Notes: generated by a model from the letters alone, not told the origin. A DNA stretch of 64,000 bases from Bdellovibrionales bacterium (GCA_965217115.1 OZ244239.1:1056001-1120000), one strand, 5' to 3'; counted from the stretch's first letter, positions 29,927 to 40,501 are shown. Numbers and translations: made by a program.

Positions 29927-30517
29927 CTATTCTCTTTCCTGGGTTTCACTGTCTAGAATTTCACTGTCTAGAATTTCACTGTCTAGAATTTTACTGTCTA
30001 GGGCTTCATTGGCCAAGCGATCTGCCTCCCTATTGAGCTCCCTTTTAACATGTTCATAACTCACCTTCTGTAATTGCCTCTCTAACTCCTTGGCCTTAGC
30101 AAACAATGGCTTAATTCCCTCAGCCTTAACTCTGTACTCTCCGATCATCTGCTTCACCATAAGTTGACTATCTGCCTTTAAAAAAACTTCTCTAGAACCA
30201 AACTCAATTGCCATCTCAAAAGCACGAACCATCGCCATATACTCAGCATAATTATTCGTCTGCACCCCTATAGCTTCTGAGATTTCTGCCACAAGCTGAC
30301 CCTGTTGGTCTAAAACATAGACACCTAAAGACGATGGACCAGGATTTCCTCGACAAGCTCCATCGGTATAGATCACAACAGTTTCGGGCCATTGCCCATG
30401 ATTTAGCTTCTTTTCACCTTTTCTGAAAATCTCAATCACCTCTAAAATATCGTTCCAAGAACAATCAGAAGACAATTTTTCTATAGATTTTAAAACTCGC
30501 TCTTTAATCGTATTCAT
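29927..30517 (-). CDS. rnhA: ribonuclease HI with an N-terminal extension and C-terminal repeats
   Basis: YTDGACRGNPG, TNNYAEY, ADSQLMVKQ, RELNREADRLANEALD. Confidence 0.9.
   Translation of the reverse strand: MNTIKERVLKSIEKLSSDCSWNDILEVIEIFRKGEKKLNHGQWPETVVIYTDGACRGNPGPSSLGVYVLDQQGQLVAEISEAIGVQTNNYAEYMAMVRAFEMAIEFGSREVFLKADSQLMVKQMIGEYRVKAEGIKPLFAKAKELERQLQKVSYEHVKRELNREADRLANEALDSKILDSEILDSEILDSETQERE
29944..30003. repeat. 15-bp tandem repeat x4 within the rnhA 3' end (encodes LDSEI)
   Basis: TTTCACTGTCTAGAA x3 plus one variant copy. Confidence 0.9.
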
Positions 30518-30629
30518 ACAAAATATTCCAAATCGCTACCATCATTAGGCCATTAACAAGATGAGTATCTCCCTTGTCTCTTATAAAGTCAGCACTATAA
30601 ATAATTTTATCTCTACTCTTTGTAGCCAT

Positions 30630-31337
30630 TTAGAATGTCGTTTCAATAAAATGCTTTAACTTATGAATCACCTTCTCTGGAATCTCATGCTCTCCAACAA
30701 AAGATTCAAATTCACCCCGACAACCACACTCTATCAAAGTTTTATAAAAAAATTCCGCATCTTGATGGGATAAAACAGGGTCCCTCTCTCCGTGGCTTTG
30801 AAAAAAATTTATTTTTTTCTTTTCTGCCAACTCTGGCCATTGCTCCTTTCCTAGAAAGGCCCCTGACAAAATAACTAGGCCAGCAAAATCTTCAATGCTA
30901 TTTAAAGCAATATCCGTGGCTAACATAGCTCCCTGACTAAAACCACCAATAATACAATCCTGAGGACTTATTTTCATCTCTTGCAAAGAGCGAAGAAAAC
31001 TCTCTCTCACAGAGACAAGCTTCTTAGGCACAGGGCCCGAGTACTCCCTATAGCTTCCTTCCATCATTGCTTTTTCTAATGCCGCAACATCAAGAGGGAA
31101 CCACGCTCTACCCATCGGCATACCTGGAATACTTAAACCCCCTTCAGGAAAATACCAGTTTCCAACTTTAGATGATGACAATATTCTATGGAGAGAAAAC
31201 AAATCATAGGCATTAGCCCCATAACCATGGAATAAAATGACCGTTTTACTCTCGCCCTCCTGTTTTTCATGCCCCTGATGGGAACAGAGCGCTTTTAATT
31301 CACCAAAGGGCTCTAAGTTTTTAACATAATTAAACAT
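30630..31337 (-). CDS. phospholipase/carboxylesterase
   Basis: FHGYGA, RAWF, GFSQG, HGERDPV, HEIP. Confidence 0.88.
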   Translation of the reverse strand: MFNYVKNLEPFGELKALCSHQGHEKQEGESKTVILFHGYGANAYDLFSLHRILSSSKVGNWYFPEGGLSIPGMPMGRAWFPLDVAALEKAMMEGSYREYSGPVPKKLVSVRESFLRSLQEMKISPQDCIIGGFSQGAMLATDIALNSIEDFAGLVILSGAFLGKEQWPELAEKKKINFFQSHGERDPVLSHQDAEFFYKTLIECGCRGEFESFVGEHEIPEKVIHKLKHFIETTF

Positions 31338-31366
31338 TTAAAAAAACCTCTCTGTTTTTTTTCTCG

Positions 31367-32008
31367 TTACATTCCTCTAACAAGACGACCTTTTTCAATC
31401 TCACTGACTTTATCAGCCAAGAAATCTAAATCACGTCGATCATGGGTGATTAAAATCGTAGGGATCTTTTCCTGCGCAATCACTTTTTTTACCAAATTAC
31501 GTGCTTCCCCTTTCAAGCTTTCATCCAACGCTGAAAAAGGTTCGTCTAAAAGTAGTAACTGCGGACGAGCGATAATCGCCCTAGCCAAAGCCACTCTTTG
31601 CCTCTCTCCCCCTGACAACACAGACGTGGATCTTTGCAAAAAAGATTTCATATCTAAAAGCTCTGTCAACTCCCTCAAACGATCTTGAGCCTTTTGTTCG
31701 GGGATTTTTCTCGCCTTTACAGCAAATAAAATATTCTCCAAAGCTGTCATATGTGGAAACAACTCCAAAGACTGAAACACAACACCCAATTTTCTCTCTG
31801 GACTTTTTAAAACAGCTAAATTCTTTCCTTTATAGCTCCAGCTCATTTCCTGACTTTCATCCAAACCAAGTAAAATCCGAAACACACTGGTCTTTCCCGA
31901 ACCACTCGGCCCCCATAACGCTGTAACGCCCTCGTCAAGAATCTCCCAACGGGGAATGTCCACCACAAATTGGCCATAATTTTTATAAAGCTTTTCGACT
32001 AAGGACAC
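31367..32008 (-). CDS. thiQ: ABC transporter ATP-binding protein (ThiQ-like)
   Basis: GPSGSGKT, LSGGERQR, LLLDEPFSALD, ITHD. Confidence 0.75.
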   Translation of the reverse strand: MSLVEKLYKNYGQFVVDIPRWEILDEGVTALWGPSGSGKTSVFRILLGLDESQEMSWSYKGKNLAVLKSPERKLGVVFQSLELFPHMTALENILFAVKARKIPEQKAQDRLRELTELLDMKSFLQRSTSVLSGGERQRVALARAIIARPQLLLLDEPFSALDESLKGEARNLVKKVIAQEKIPTILITHDRRDLDFLADKVSEIEKGRLVRGM

Positions 32009-33449
32009 GTCCTATCCCCACAAAAAAGAAAAATAAACCAAAACCCAGAAGCAATAAAATCCAACTCAAAAACACAGCCATATCCAATCTATAATGGAAT
32101 ATTAAATTTTTCATCACAAGGGCCAGCGTGTAATCACCATCGGCAACAATATTAGACAAAGCAAAATCACCACTGGCCCAAAAAGCCCCAAATCCAGCAA
32201 GGAAACAAGCTGCGGGAGCCAATTGAGGTATCATCAAATCATTTAAAATCAAATACCAAGATGCCCCCAAAGTTCTCGCCACCTGAACCTGCCCTCGAAC
32301 TCCTGCGACAACCGACTCCCAGTACAGGCGATACAGTGTCGGTAACAAAACCATACACAATCCTAAAATCATTTTTAAAAAATGCACCCCAACTCCATCT
32401 CCTGGCATTAGCAACAACGCAAAGCCCGTTAAAACAGAACTCGGAGCAATAAATCCTCGCATAAAGATTTCTAAAAAACGACTCGGACAAACCAATGCCA
32501 CAGCAAAGAATAGGCCCAGCAAAGAAAAACCCGTGCCAAGCCCCATCACAATCGAACCCAACGCTCCTTTAAAAACTGCTTGCCTTATAGCTAATTGATC
32601 CAGAAATTGACCTAAACCATCAAAAAAACCTGGAAACAAACCAAAAATAATTAAAAATGTCAGCCCGTAGGGCAAAAGCCAACTCCATTTACTTTCAATA
32701 ACTCTTAACTGTGTTTGTCGACGCCTATGGCTCTTAACTGACAGACCTGCTCCAAAAGATATTAAAACCATAAACGCTGTCTGTATCACCGATAAACCCA
32801 TTGCCCCCGCCCAATCACTGCTGATACGTATTTTCTCATAAATCAAAACTTCAAGGGTCACCCCTTTTTCCCCTCCAACAATCAAAGGCACAGCAAAACT
32901 AGAAAAACACACCGAAAAAACAAAAAAGAAAATCAAAAAAATATCTCGACTTAAATACCCTCTGACTCCTTGCCATAAAAATTGCCAACGATTCGCCCCC
33001 TCAATCCAAGCTAATTCAGCCATTCCTCCCAAACTCTGATCAAGTAATCTTGCTATCATAACCGATACAAGTCCGACATTAACCACACTATGAATAATAA
33101 CAATGCCCCAAACACCAAATGGGAAATTAGATATAATATTTAATAAACTCAACAAAACAAACAAGACAGGAAGCACCGTCGGTAACAAAGCCAGAGGCTC
33201 TATCCAGTGACTTCTCTGTGGAAACTTTCTACGCAAATAAAGAAGTCCCAATGCACCGTAAAAACCGAAAACCAAAGACAAGAATGCACTCAAAAAAGAC
33301 TGTAATAATGTATTCTTAAAAACCCACAAAAATTCTTGATGAGCAGGCAAAGATATTTTACCAAAATGGAAAAACAATAGTATGTAGGGTCCTAATAAGA
33401 ACAAAACAATTGCAACCTTTAAATAGCCTCGCGTTTTCTCCATAACCAT
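31983..33449 (-). CDS. thiP: ABC transporter permease (ThiP/FbpB-like, duplicated domain)
   Basis: Multiple TM helices, two EAA-like loops, TLEVLIY. Confidence 0.75.
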   Translation of the reverse strand: MVMEKTRGYLKVAIVLFLLGPYILLFFHFGKISLPAHQEFLWVFKNTLLQSFLSAFLSLVFGFYGALGLLYLRRKFPQRSHWIEPLALLPTVLPVLFVLLSLLNIISNFPFGVWGIVIIHSVVNVGLVSVMIARLLDQSLGGMAELAWIEGANRWQFLWQGVRGYLSRDIFLIFFFVFSVCFSSFAVPLIVGGEKGVTLEVLIYEKIRISSDWAGAMGLSVIQTAFMVLISFGAGLSVKSHRRRQTQLRVIESKWSWLLPYGLTFLIIFGLFPGFFDGLGQFLDQLAIRQAVFKGALGSIVMGLGTGFSLLGLFFAVALVCPSRFLEIFMRGFIAPSSVLTGFALLLMPGDGVGVHFLKMILGLCMVLLPTLYRLYWESVVAGVRGQVQVARTLGASWYLILNDLMIPQLAPAACFLAGFGAFWASGDFALSNIVADGDYTLALVMKNLIFHYRLDMAVFLSWILLLLGFGLFFFFVGIGRVLSRKAL

Positions 33450-33451
33450 TC

Positions 33452-34522
33452 CTATTTCTGTTTTCGACGACTGTTTACCCATTTTTTTATCAATTCTTTC
33501 TTTCTCAACAGAAATCTATCTATCTTCTGCTTCTCAATTAATTTTACATTAGGAAGCTCATCAAACAAGGTCCCCCTCCTAACCCCGTCAATCACGGGAA
33601 ACATAAAATTTCTCTCCATTATGATTTTTTGAGCCTCTTGTGTCAGGAGATAGCGAATAAAACTTTGAGATAACTCGAGGTTTTTCGTTTCCCTAGAAAT
33701 AGCAGCATATTCCAGTTGCACAATATGCCCTTCTTTAAATACAATAGGGTGGTAATCCCTTCTATTGTCTTCCTTCCAGTGATAAATCGGTGATGTAAAA
33801 TAAGATAAAACCGTTTTCAAGTTTCCTTTTTGAAAAAGTCCATAGGATTTTCCCCAAGATGGAGACACAGAGTGAATATTATGGAATAATTTTTTTAAAT
33901 AGAAAAAACCCTCATTTTCCCCCTTCGTTGCCATCACCCAAAATAAAAATTGCAACCCTACAGTGCTCGTTCGTGGGTCTTGAAGACCTATCCCTCTCTC
34001 AAGGCCCTCAGCCAATAAACCCTCAAATCCATCTATCATTGACAAGTTATCTCTCTGTCTGGCTATAAAAGACAAAGGCGCCCAATCAATTGGAACAAAT
34101 CGTCCCTCTTCCACAGGAGTGGAGGTGAAATTCAGAAAATCTTTATCCCATTCTATTTTTTTTAATTTTATTTTTTCCCAATTTAATTTTTCTTGAGCCT
34201 CGCTCAATAATAATTGATCTAACCCTAGAACCACATCTACCTTTTTCTGAGAAGAATCTAACTTAACTCTCTCAACTAATAAACCTGCCTCTCCCACGTT
34301 AACAAAAATCACCTTAACATTAAAACGCTTCTCAAATTTCTTTGCCAATTCCGCACCTGGCCCCCAAGAACTGGCAAAAGATGAATAAGTATAAACTCTA
34401 ATCATTTTTTTGGTACTTCCATGTCCCCAAAAAAAAGAAAATAGTGAATAACTTAAAATTGTGAAAAGAAATCCCACACTAAGGACCAAGACTAAACGCA
34501 TAGGGATATCAGCCTTCAGCAT
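33452..34522 (-). CDS. thiB: thiamine-type ABC substrate-binding protein
   Basis: VYTYSSFASSWGPG, DVVLGLD, QDPRTSTVGL, SYFTSP, NFMFPV. Confidence 0.85.
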   Translation of the reverse strand: MLKADIPMRLVLVLSVGFLFTILSYSLFSFFWGHGSTKKMIRVYTYSSFASSWGPGAELAKKFEKRFNVKVIFVNVGEAGLLVERVKLDSSQKKVDVVLGLDQLLLSEAQEKLNWEKIKLKKIEWDKDFLNFTSTPVEEGRFVPIDWAPLSFIARQRDNLSMIDGFEGLLAEGLERGIGLQDPRTSTVGLQFLFWVMATKGENEGFFYLKKLFHNIHSVSPSWGKSYGLFQKGNLKTVLSYFTSPIYHWKEDNRRDYHPIVFKEGHIVQLEYAAISRETKNLELSQSFIRYLLTQEAQKIIMERNFMFPVIDGVRRGTLFDELPNVKLIEKQKIDRFLLRKKELIKKWVNSRRKQK

Positions 34523-34534
34523 TGCTAGTAATTA

Positions 34535-35017
34535 TCACCACCAAATACCACGACGCCTTTTAAAAAAGAAATAATCAATTCCTAAGCAGCGTCCAGCCCC
34601 TAACCAAGCCATTGTAAAGTTAATAGCTAAGAATGTTTTGTACAGATCTTGTTGCTCTGGACCACTCAAGAAAATATAGTTCAGACATAAAAACACAGCC
34701 CATATCGCAAAAGGCCGCACCAAATAACCAATAATAAAAGACACCCCTATCAAAAACTCCAGAGACGTCACTGCATAAGAAAATATTTGCCAATTAGAGA
34801 CTAAATGGTTCTCCAGAAATTCTTTGTACCAAATAGGCGCTCTACTATTCGGCAACCACTGGCTAATTTTATAGGAAGCTGCTGAATTAAGAAGATAATC
34901 ACCTTGATATTTTGCCATGGCTTCATTGAGATAATAATACCCCATATAAACCCTTAAAAATGACAGAGGCAGTAGATGTCCAACATATTTTATACTTTCA
35001 AAAAAAGCTACAATCAT
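34535..35017 (-). CDS. DoxX family membrane protein
   Basis: LRVYMG…EFLIG…GAGRCLGID. Confidence 0.8.
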   Translation of the reverse strand: MIVAFFESIKYVGHLLPLSFLRVYMGYYYLNEAMAKYQGDYLLNSAASYKISQWLPNSRAPIWYKEFLENHLVSNWQIFSYAVTSLEFLIGVSFIIGYLVRPFAIWAVFLCLNYIFLSGPEQQDLYKTFLAINFTMAWLGAGRCLGIDYFFFKRRRGIWW

Positions 35018-35067
35018 AGTAAGTGCATTCTCTCTTACCTAATAAAATACGTCAATACCTACATCAA

Positions 35068-35298
35068 TTAACCGTCATCACCGATAGCTTCGACAGGGCA
35101 GCCTTCGATGGCCTCAACGACCCCCTCTTCCTCCTCCTCAGACTCAGGCTGTTTGGACACATAGGCATGTCCTTCGTCTTCATCCATGAAAAAATTATTT
35201 GGAGCTGCTAAAACGCAAGCGTCACAGGAAATACAGGCTTCATCGACATATATTTTTCCAGGAACATTTCTTTCCCACTTATTTTCCTTATCTGCCAT
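35068..35298 (-). CDS. single-cluster ferredoxin
   Basis: CISCDAC…CPVEAIG, acidic. Confidence 0.9.
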   Translation of the reverse strand: MADKENKWERNVPGKIYVDEACISCDACVLAAPNNFFMDEDEGHAYVSKQPESEEEEEGVVEAIEGCPVEAIGDDG

Positions 35299-35548
35299 GC
35301 AGTGGATATATTGAATTTTTTCTCTATATGCAAGCTTTAGCTAAGGTCTCTCAACATAATTATTTAACCGTATTTTTAAAAAATATTTTCTCAATGCTTT
35401 TATAGAATTCTCGACATCACGCAATACCTGATTGTTACAAACTCTGGTTTTTTAGAAAATCTGTACTTTCAGTTGGCCACAATTCAAAAAAGTCACTATA
35501 ATTATAAAAAGCAATCTATTCAGGGCCTGCCGTCTAGAAGGAGATATT

Positions 35549-36199
35549 ATGAAGAAAATTGCCGTTATTCTCTCTGGTTGCGGTTTTCTCGATGGCACAG
35601 AAATCACAGAAGCTGTCAGCACCATTGTCTGTCTCTCTGAACAAGGTGTCTCTTACGATTGTTTTGCCCCTAATCAAGACTTCCCCACAACCAATCACCT
35701 TAATTCCGAAGCCAGAACCGAAAAAAGAAATGCCCTCACCGAAGCAGCCCGTATTTGCAGGGGGCAAATACAACCCCTTAACAAGCTCAATGCTAACGAC
35801 TTTGACGGCCTTGTTCTTCCAGGTGGATTTGGGGCTGCTCTAAATCTCTCGACATGGGGGAGGGAGGGCCATAAATGCTCTGTTTTGCCCGACATGGAAA
35901 AAGCTCTTATCGATTTTCACAAACAGAGCAAACCCATTGGCGCTATATGTATTTCTCCCACGCTCATAGCAAGAGTTCTTGGAAAAAAATCTCCCTGTAT
36001 CACCATAGGCGAAGATTCTGCCACAGCCAGTGAGATTGAAAAAACAGGGGCCCATCACGAAACTTGCCCTGTCACTGACTACATCACTGATCGAGAAACT
36101 AAGGTTATCACCACTCCTGCTTATATGTACGAAGCTCTTCCCCATGAAGTGTTTTTAGGAATCCGTGGTCTTATTAAAGAACTTTGCGAAATGGCATAG
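35549..36199 (+). CDS. elbB: glyoxalase ElbB (DJ-1/PfpI family)
   Basis: LSGCGFLDGTEITEA, EAARICRG, PGGFGAA, ICISP, TTPAYM. Confidence 0.92.
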   Translation: MKKIAVILSGCGFLDGTEITEAVSTIVCLSEQGVSYDCFAPNQDFPTTNHLNSEARTEKRNALTEAARICRGQIQPLNKLNANDFDGLVLPGGFGAALNLSTWGREGHKCSVLPDMEKALIDFHKQSKPIGAICISPTLIARVLGKKSPCITIGEDSATASEIEKTGAHHETCPVTDYITDRETKVITTPAYMYEALPHEVFLGIRGLIKELCEMA

Positions 36200-36207
36200 G
36201 AGTTTCA

Positions 36208-37293
36208 TTGGACACTTACACAAAAAAAACTGTCGCTATTATTTTTGGTGGGCAATCTGCCGAACATGAAATTTCTGTGCGTTCGGCCGGGAATATTCTT
36301 GAAGCTATGGATACTGATCTTTTCACCCCCATTCCCATAGGGATCTGTCAAAATGGTCAATGGTGCTATTTCTCCTCTATAAATGATCTTAAGGGTGTCT
36401 CTTCTTTAAAAGAAAAACCTCCAGGCACCGAAAGTGTCACGCTCTCTCCAGGTCACGAAAATAATCTTTTTTTCCTCGATTCATCCAAGAAAATAAAAAT
36501 CGATGTTGCCTTTCCCGTTCTTCACGGCCCGATGGGAGAAGATGGCTCTATTCAAGGACTTTTTCGTATCTGCAATATCCCCTTTGTCGGCTGTGATACG
36601 CTGGGTTCAGCCATTGGCATGGACAAAGACATCATGAAAAGACTCTTTAAAGAGAGTGACCTTCCCATGGGGGCCTATAAGGTTCTATACAAAAATGAAT
36701 CTCGCTTATCCTACGAAGACTTAGTTATAGAAATAGGTAGCCCCTTTTTTATCAAACCAGCCAATATGGGGTCCTCTCTTGGAGTTCACAAAATTTATAC
36801 TAAGAAGGAGTTTGAAGAAAAACTTTTAGACGCTTTCTCATTTGACCACAAAGTTATTGCCGAGCAGTACATATCTGGACGAGAGCTTGAGTGCGCTGTT
36901 CTAGGCAATTCCTTCAGCTTGAACCCTCCTCGCACGAGTGGTGTTGGTGAAATCATATCACAACATGACTTCTATTCTTATGAAGCCAAGTACCTTGATG
37001 ACAATGGCGCTGTCTTATCCATTCCCGCTCAATTAGAGAATGAGCTTGCAGAAAAAATTCAGACGATATCCCTGCAGGCCTTTAAGTGCTTAGAGCTTTC
37101 AGGACTTTCAAGGGTTGATTTTTTTCTGGACAACACTGATCAGATTTATATCAATGAGATCAATACAATGCCCGGTTTCACCAACATCAGCATGTACCCC
37201 AAACTATGGGAGCAAAAAGGTCTTTCATACAATCAATTGATCACCACGCTTTTGAATTTAGCGATGGAACAGTATCGGATTTGGGCAAGATAG
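36208..37293 (+). CDS. ddl: D-alanine--D-alanine ligase
   Basis: FGGQSAEHEIS, LHGPMGEDG, KPANMGSS, FYSYEAKY, NEINTMPGFT; TTG start after AGGAG. Confidence 0.93.
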   Translation: MDTYTKKTVAIIFGGQSAEHEISVRSAGNILEAMDTDLFTPIPIGICQNGQWCYFSSINDLKGVSSLKEKPPGTESVTLSPGHENNLFFLDSSKKIKIDVAFPVLHGPMGEDGSIQGLFRICNIPFVGCDTLGSAIGMDKDIMKRLFKESDLPMGAYKVLYKNESRLSYEDLVIEIGSPFFIKPANMGSSLGVHKIYTKKEFEEKLLDAFSFDHKVIAEQYISGRELECAVLGNSFSLNPPRTSGVGEIISQHDFYSYEAKYLDDNGAVLSIPAQLENELAEKIQTISLQAFKCLELSGLSRVDFFLDNTDQIYINEINTMPGFTNISMYPKLWEQKGLSYNQLITTLLNLAMEQYRIWAR

Positions 37294-37330
37294 GTCGTTT
37301 TTTACTTGAACTCGCCATAACACGATCAAA

Positions 37331-38218
37331 TCAAGCTAGTTTCAGGGCTTGTCCGCCCACTTCGGCAATCACTACTGTCATGTCAGCAGGAAAATTTTCT
37401 GCTCCAACAAACTTTTCAATTTGATAATAAATTTCATTGCGTAAGCTATGGGGGGATTTATTCTTACTTTGCAAAATGGCTTGATATAATCTTTGCGAGC
37501 CAAAACTCTTCCCCTCCATATTGCAAACATTTAAAATACCTGGAGAACAAAAAATCAAAATATCTTTCTCACACAAGGAGATTGTCTGTCTTAAAATACT
37601 TCCACTAAAGGAGGGGCTAAAAACCTGTTGTTCTTGACCTATTTTTTCCAACTCTTCTTTTTGATGTCGCCAAATAAGAGCCTGAACTCCCCCCAACATA
37701 CTAAAGTGTAATTCAAATCGACGACGATCAATTAAACCATAAAAAAGATGTACCTCTTGGCCTTCAGATATATTTTGAGCCATATCCTCTAAAATAATCT
37801 TCAAAGCTTGTTCTGGAGGCATGGCGTGAAAACCTTTTTCAATGGAAAATTTAAAAAATGCTGATAAAAAGTGAGCCGAAGCCGAGTAACCATTGCTTGA
37901 TGACACCACGATACCAAATTGAAATTTGTCGTCTGTTTCAAAAATATCAATGTAGTCTCCTCCCACCTGTGTGCCAGGAAGATACTTAGAGCTAAATTCA
38001 AAGCTAGGTATATTCGGAAACCTCGTGGGCACAAGCCACTTTTGCATCTGAGCAACTAAGTCTAACTCTTTACCCACACGTCGAATCAATTTTTCCAAAA
38101 CGCCATTAGCTTTTACTAACTCATTTTTATAACGACCAAGAGTGTGCTCTCTCTCTTTAAGCTCACTTTCTAGCCTTTTTACTTTATCTCTAAGTATCTC
38201 TATTTCGCTCTCATTCAC
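37331..38218 (-). CDS. coiled-coil plus SpoIIE/PP2C-family domain, apparently degenerate
   Basis: GGDYIDI motif 1 present; later metal-binding motifs altered. Confidence 0.75.
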   Translation of the reverse strand: MNESEIEILRDKVKRLESELKEREHTLGRYKNELVKANGVLEKLIRRVGKELDLVAQMQKWLVPTRFPNIPSFEFSSKYLPGTQVGGDYIDIFETDDKFQFGIVVSSSNGYSASAHFLSAFFKFSIEKGFHAMPPEQALKIILEDMAQNISEGQEVHLFYGLIDRRRFELHFSMLGGVQALIWRHQKEELEKIGQEQQVFSPSFSGSILRQTISLCEKDILIFCSPGILNVCNMEGKSFGSQRLYQAILQSKNKSPHSLRNEIYYQIEKFVGAENFPADMTVVIAEVGGQALKLA

Positions 38219-38374
38219 TGTCACATTCCTTAAATCACATAAGTATAACGCAAAACTCAAAAAACACACACCCCTAATAGCTTTATTTCAGACCTGAGTG
38301 TAATTAATCATTATATTACGCCAAGCTATCACTCACTCCTTGAAACACTAAATAGACAAAGATAAATATATAGC

Positions 38375-39205
38375 ATGTTGCTTTTAAACGACATTGAAAA
38401 ACGCTTTTGGCAAATTCTTGATCAACCAGACATTCGTCCCGAACTTGTCATAAAGAAGTTCATACAGCTCTCCCAACTTGTTGGCATCTCTTGTGATTCT
38501 GAGGAAGTTCTAAAAGAGCTAAAAGTTCTTTCCTACGACGCTGAGAAAAATCACATAATAGCAAATGAAGAAAATGTATTAAATATCTCTCGTTTCCTTT
38601 TCGAACAAAAAGGGTTTAAGTTAGACACCTCTGAAAATATTAGAGGACTCTTTATTGAAAAAACTCTCAAAGAAAAACAAGGACACCCCATTTGTATTGC
38701 TCTTATCTTTCAGCTCCTTTGTCACTGGCATAGAAGTCCTGTAAACATTGTTCAAATCGACTCCAAACTTCTTATTAGAACAACCCATAGCATAAGTGGA
38801 AAAAATCTCTATCTCGACTTATCAGATCCATATCATTATCTGAACGACAAAGATTTTCTCTCCCTACTTAGTCACCTACAAAGAGAAGGAGAACAAATAG
38901 AAAATTTAGATTTTTCTAAACTCTTTACTTTATCCCTAGATATTTTTGAACGCCACTTTGAAAACAAGAAACTTTTTAAACTTCTCTTATTAACATTGGA
39001 AATTAAAACTCAAATTAAACCTTCAGACATTACAAGTCTGAAAAAGAAAATTCGACTCAACCTAAGCTTCTCTAGAACCACAGAAGTACAGAAGGACCTT
39101 AAGAAACTCTCCTTTATCAGTGATTTTAAACAATGGCCCTTAGATTTACAAAAAATATATTTAAAGCTAGATCACTCAACGGCCACAGATCTTTCCCATC
39201 AATAG
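38375..39205 (+). CDS. SirB1-like transglutaminase-core protein
   Basis: RFLFEQKGF…FIEKTL…QGHPICIALIF…YLD pattern. Confidence 0.6.
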   Translation: MLLLNDIEKRFWQILDQPDIRPELVIKKFIQLSQLVGISCDSEEVLKELKVLSYDAEKNHIIANEENVLNISRFLFEQKGFKLDTSENIRGLFIEKTLKEKQGHPICIALIFQLLCHWHRSPVNIVQIDSKLLIRTTHSISGKNLYLDLSDPYHYLNDKDFLSLLSHLQREGEQIENLDFSKLFTLSLDIFERHFENKKLFKLLLLTLEIKTQIKPSDITSLKKKIRLNLSFSRTTEVQKDLKKLSFISDFKQWPLDLQKIYLKLDHSTATDLSHQ

Positions 39206-39235
39206 ATATCTAGAAATGACCTGCTTTTTCTGCAA

Positions 39236-40501
39236 CTACCTTCTCCGTTCGTTCTCTCCAATGTAAATCTGACGAGGACGACCAATCTTCATACTTGGAG
39301 ATTCAAGAAGCTCTTTCCACTGGGCCATCCAGCCAGGCAAACGACCTAAAACAAACATCACAGTGAACATATTTGTTGGGATATTTAAAGCTCTATAAAT
39401 AATACCTGAATAGAAATCCACGTTAGGGTAAAGCCTTCGTTTAACAAAATAAGAATCCTTTAACACTTCTTCCTCTAGGCCTTTAGCAATTTCAAGCAGC
39501 GGGTCATTCACGCCCAGTTTTGTTAAAACAGTGTCGCAAGCTTTTTTAATAATTTTCGCCCGTGGATCAAAGTTCTTATAAACACGGTGACCAAAACCCA
39601 TCAAACGAAAGGGGTCATCCTTATCCTTAGATTTTTCTAAAAACTTCTTGTAATCACCACCATCTTTCTCAATACTCTCTAACATTTCAAGCACAGCCTG
39701 ATTAGCGCCACCATGCAACGGCCCCCATAAAGCATCAATCCCTGCTGAAATAGAAGCAAATAGATTCGCCTTAGAAGAGCCGACAACACGAACTGTCGAA
39801 GTTGAACAGTTCTGCTCATGATCCACATGCAAAATCAGAAGAATTTCTAAAGCTTTTGCGACCTCTGAGTCTACCTGACGCCCTTCTTGATAAAACATCC
39901 TGTTAATAAAATTCTCACAGTACCCCATAGAATTATCATATTTAATAAAAGGGCTTTCTTGATTCTTACGATAAAAATACGTGGCAATAGATATCAACTG
40001 CCCGAGCATAAGACTTATCACTTCATCTTTTTTCTCTGATGTAAGATCTTGATCTGTCAATTCAGGGTAAAATGCCGATAATGACACTGTGGCTGCTGAT
40101 AACACGGCCATGGGGTGAGTCTCTTTTGGAAATTGATCTATTATATTACAAATCCCCTTAGGCAATTCACTATAAGATTGAACTTTCTTCTCAAATTTTT
40201 TCAATTCTGCCGCTGTAGGAAACTCTCCATAAATAACCATATAACTTGTTTCTAGAAAATGAGATACCTCAGCCACTTGCTCAATAGGATATCCTCGATA
40301 ACGTAAAATTCCTTTTTCTCCATTGAGAAAAGTCACTTCCGATGAACAAGAGCCTGTGTTCACAAATCCATTATCTAAAGTGATTAAGCCCGTCTGCCCT
40401 CTTAATTTAGAGATGTCCAAAGCTCGTTCGCCCTCTGTGCCAACAACAACAGGTATTTCAACCGTATTATCACCTAAAGTTAGTTTTGCATTATCAGACA
40501 C
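39236..40501 (-). CDS. gltA: citrate synthase (type II)
   Basis: GILRYRGYP, DHEQNCST, GPLHGGAN, GFGHRVYKNFDPRA, YPNVDFYSG; GTG start after AGAGGAG. Confidence 0.95.
   Translation of the reverse strand: MSDNAKLTLGDNTVEIPVVVGTEGERALDISKLRGQTGLITLDNGFVNTGSCSSEVTFLNGEKGILRYRGYPIEQVAEVSHFLETSYMVIYGEFPTAAELKKFEKKVQSYSELPKGICNIIDQFPKETHPMAVLSAATVSLSAFYPELTDQDLTSEKKDEVISLMLGQLISIATYFYRKNQESPFIKYDNSMGYCENFINRMFYQEGRQVDSEVAKALEILLILHVDHEQNCSTSTVRVVGSSKANLFASISAGIDALWGPLHGGANQAVLEMLESIEKDGGDYKKFLEKSKDKDDPFRLMGFGHRVYKNFDPRAKIIKKACDTVLTKLGVNDPLLEIAKGLEEEVLKDSYFVKRRLYPNVDFYSGIIYRALNIPTNMFTVMFVLGRLPGWMAQWKELLESPSMKIGRPRQIYIGENERRR

Noticed and set aside
29830..30036. 68-aa + strand ORF with FHCLE repeats (metal-binding-looking)
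   Set aside because: It is the antisense reading of the 15-bp repeat in rnhA and overlaps the rnpB terminator.
35018..35548. TPP riboswitch upstream of the thiamine-type ABC genes
   Set aside because: No CTGAGA…ACCTG aptamer core found on the coding (minus) strand.
36208..37293. Van-type D-Ala-D-Lac ligase
   Set aside because: The omega loop reads FYSYEAKY, typical of D-Ala-D-Ala ligases, and no van genes are nearby.
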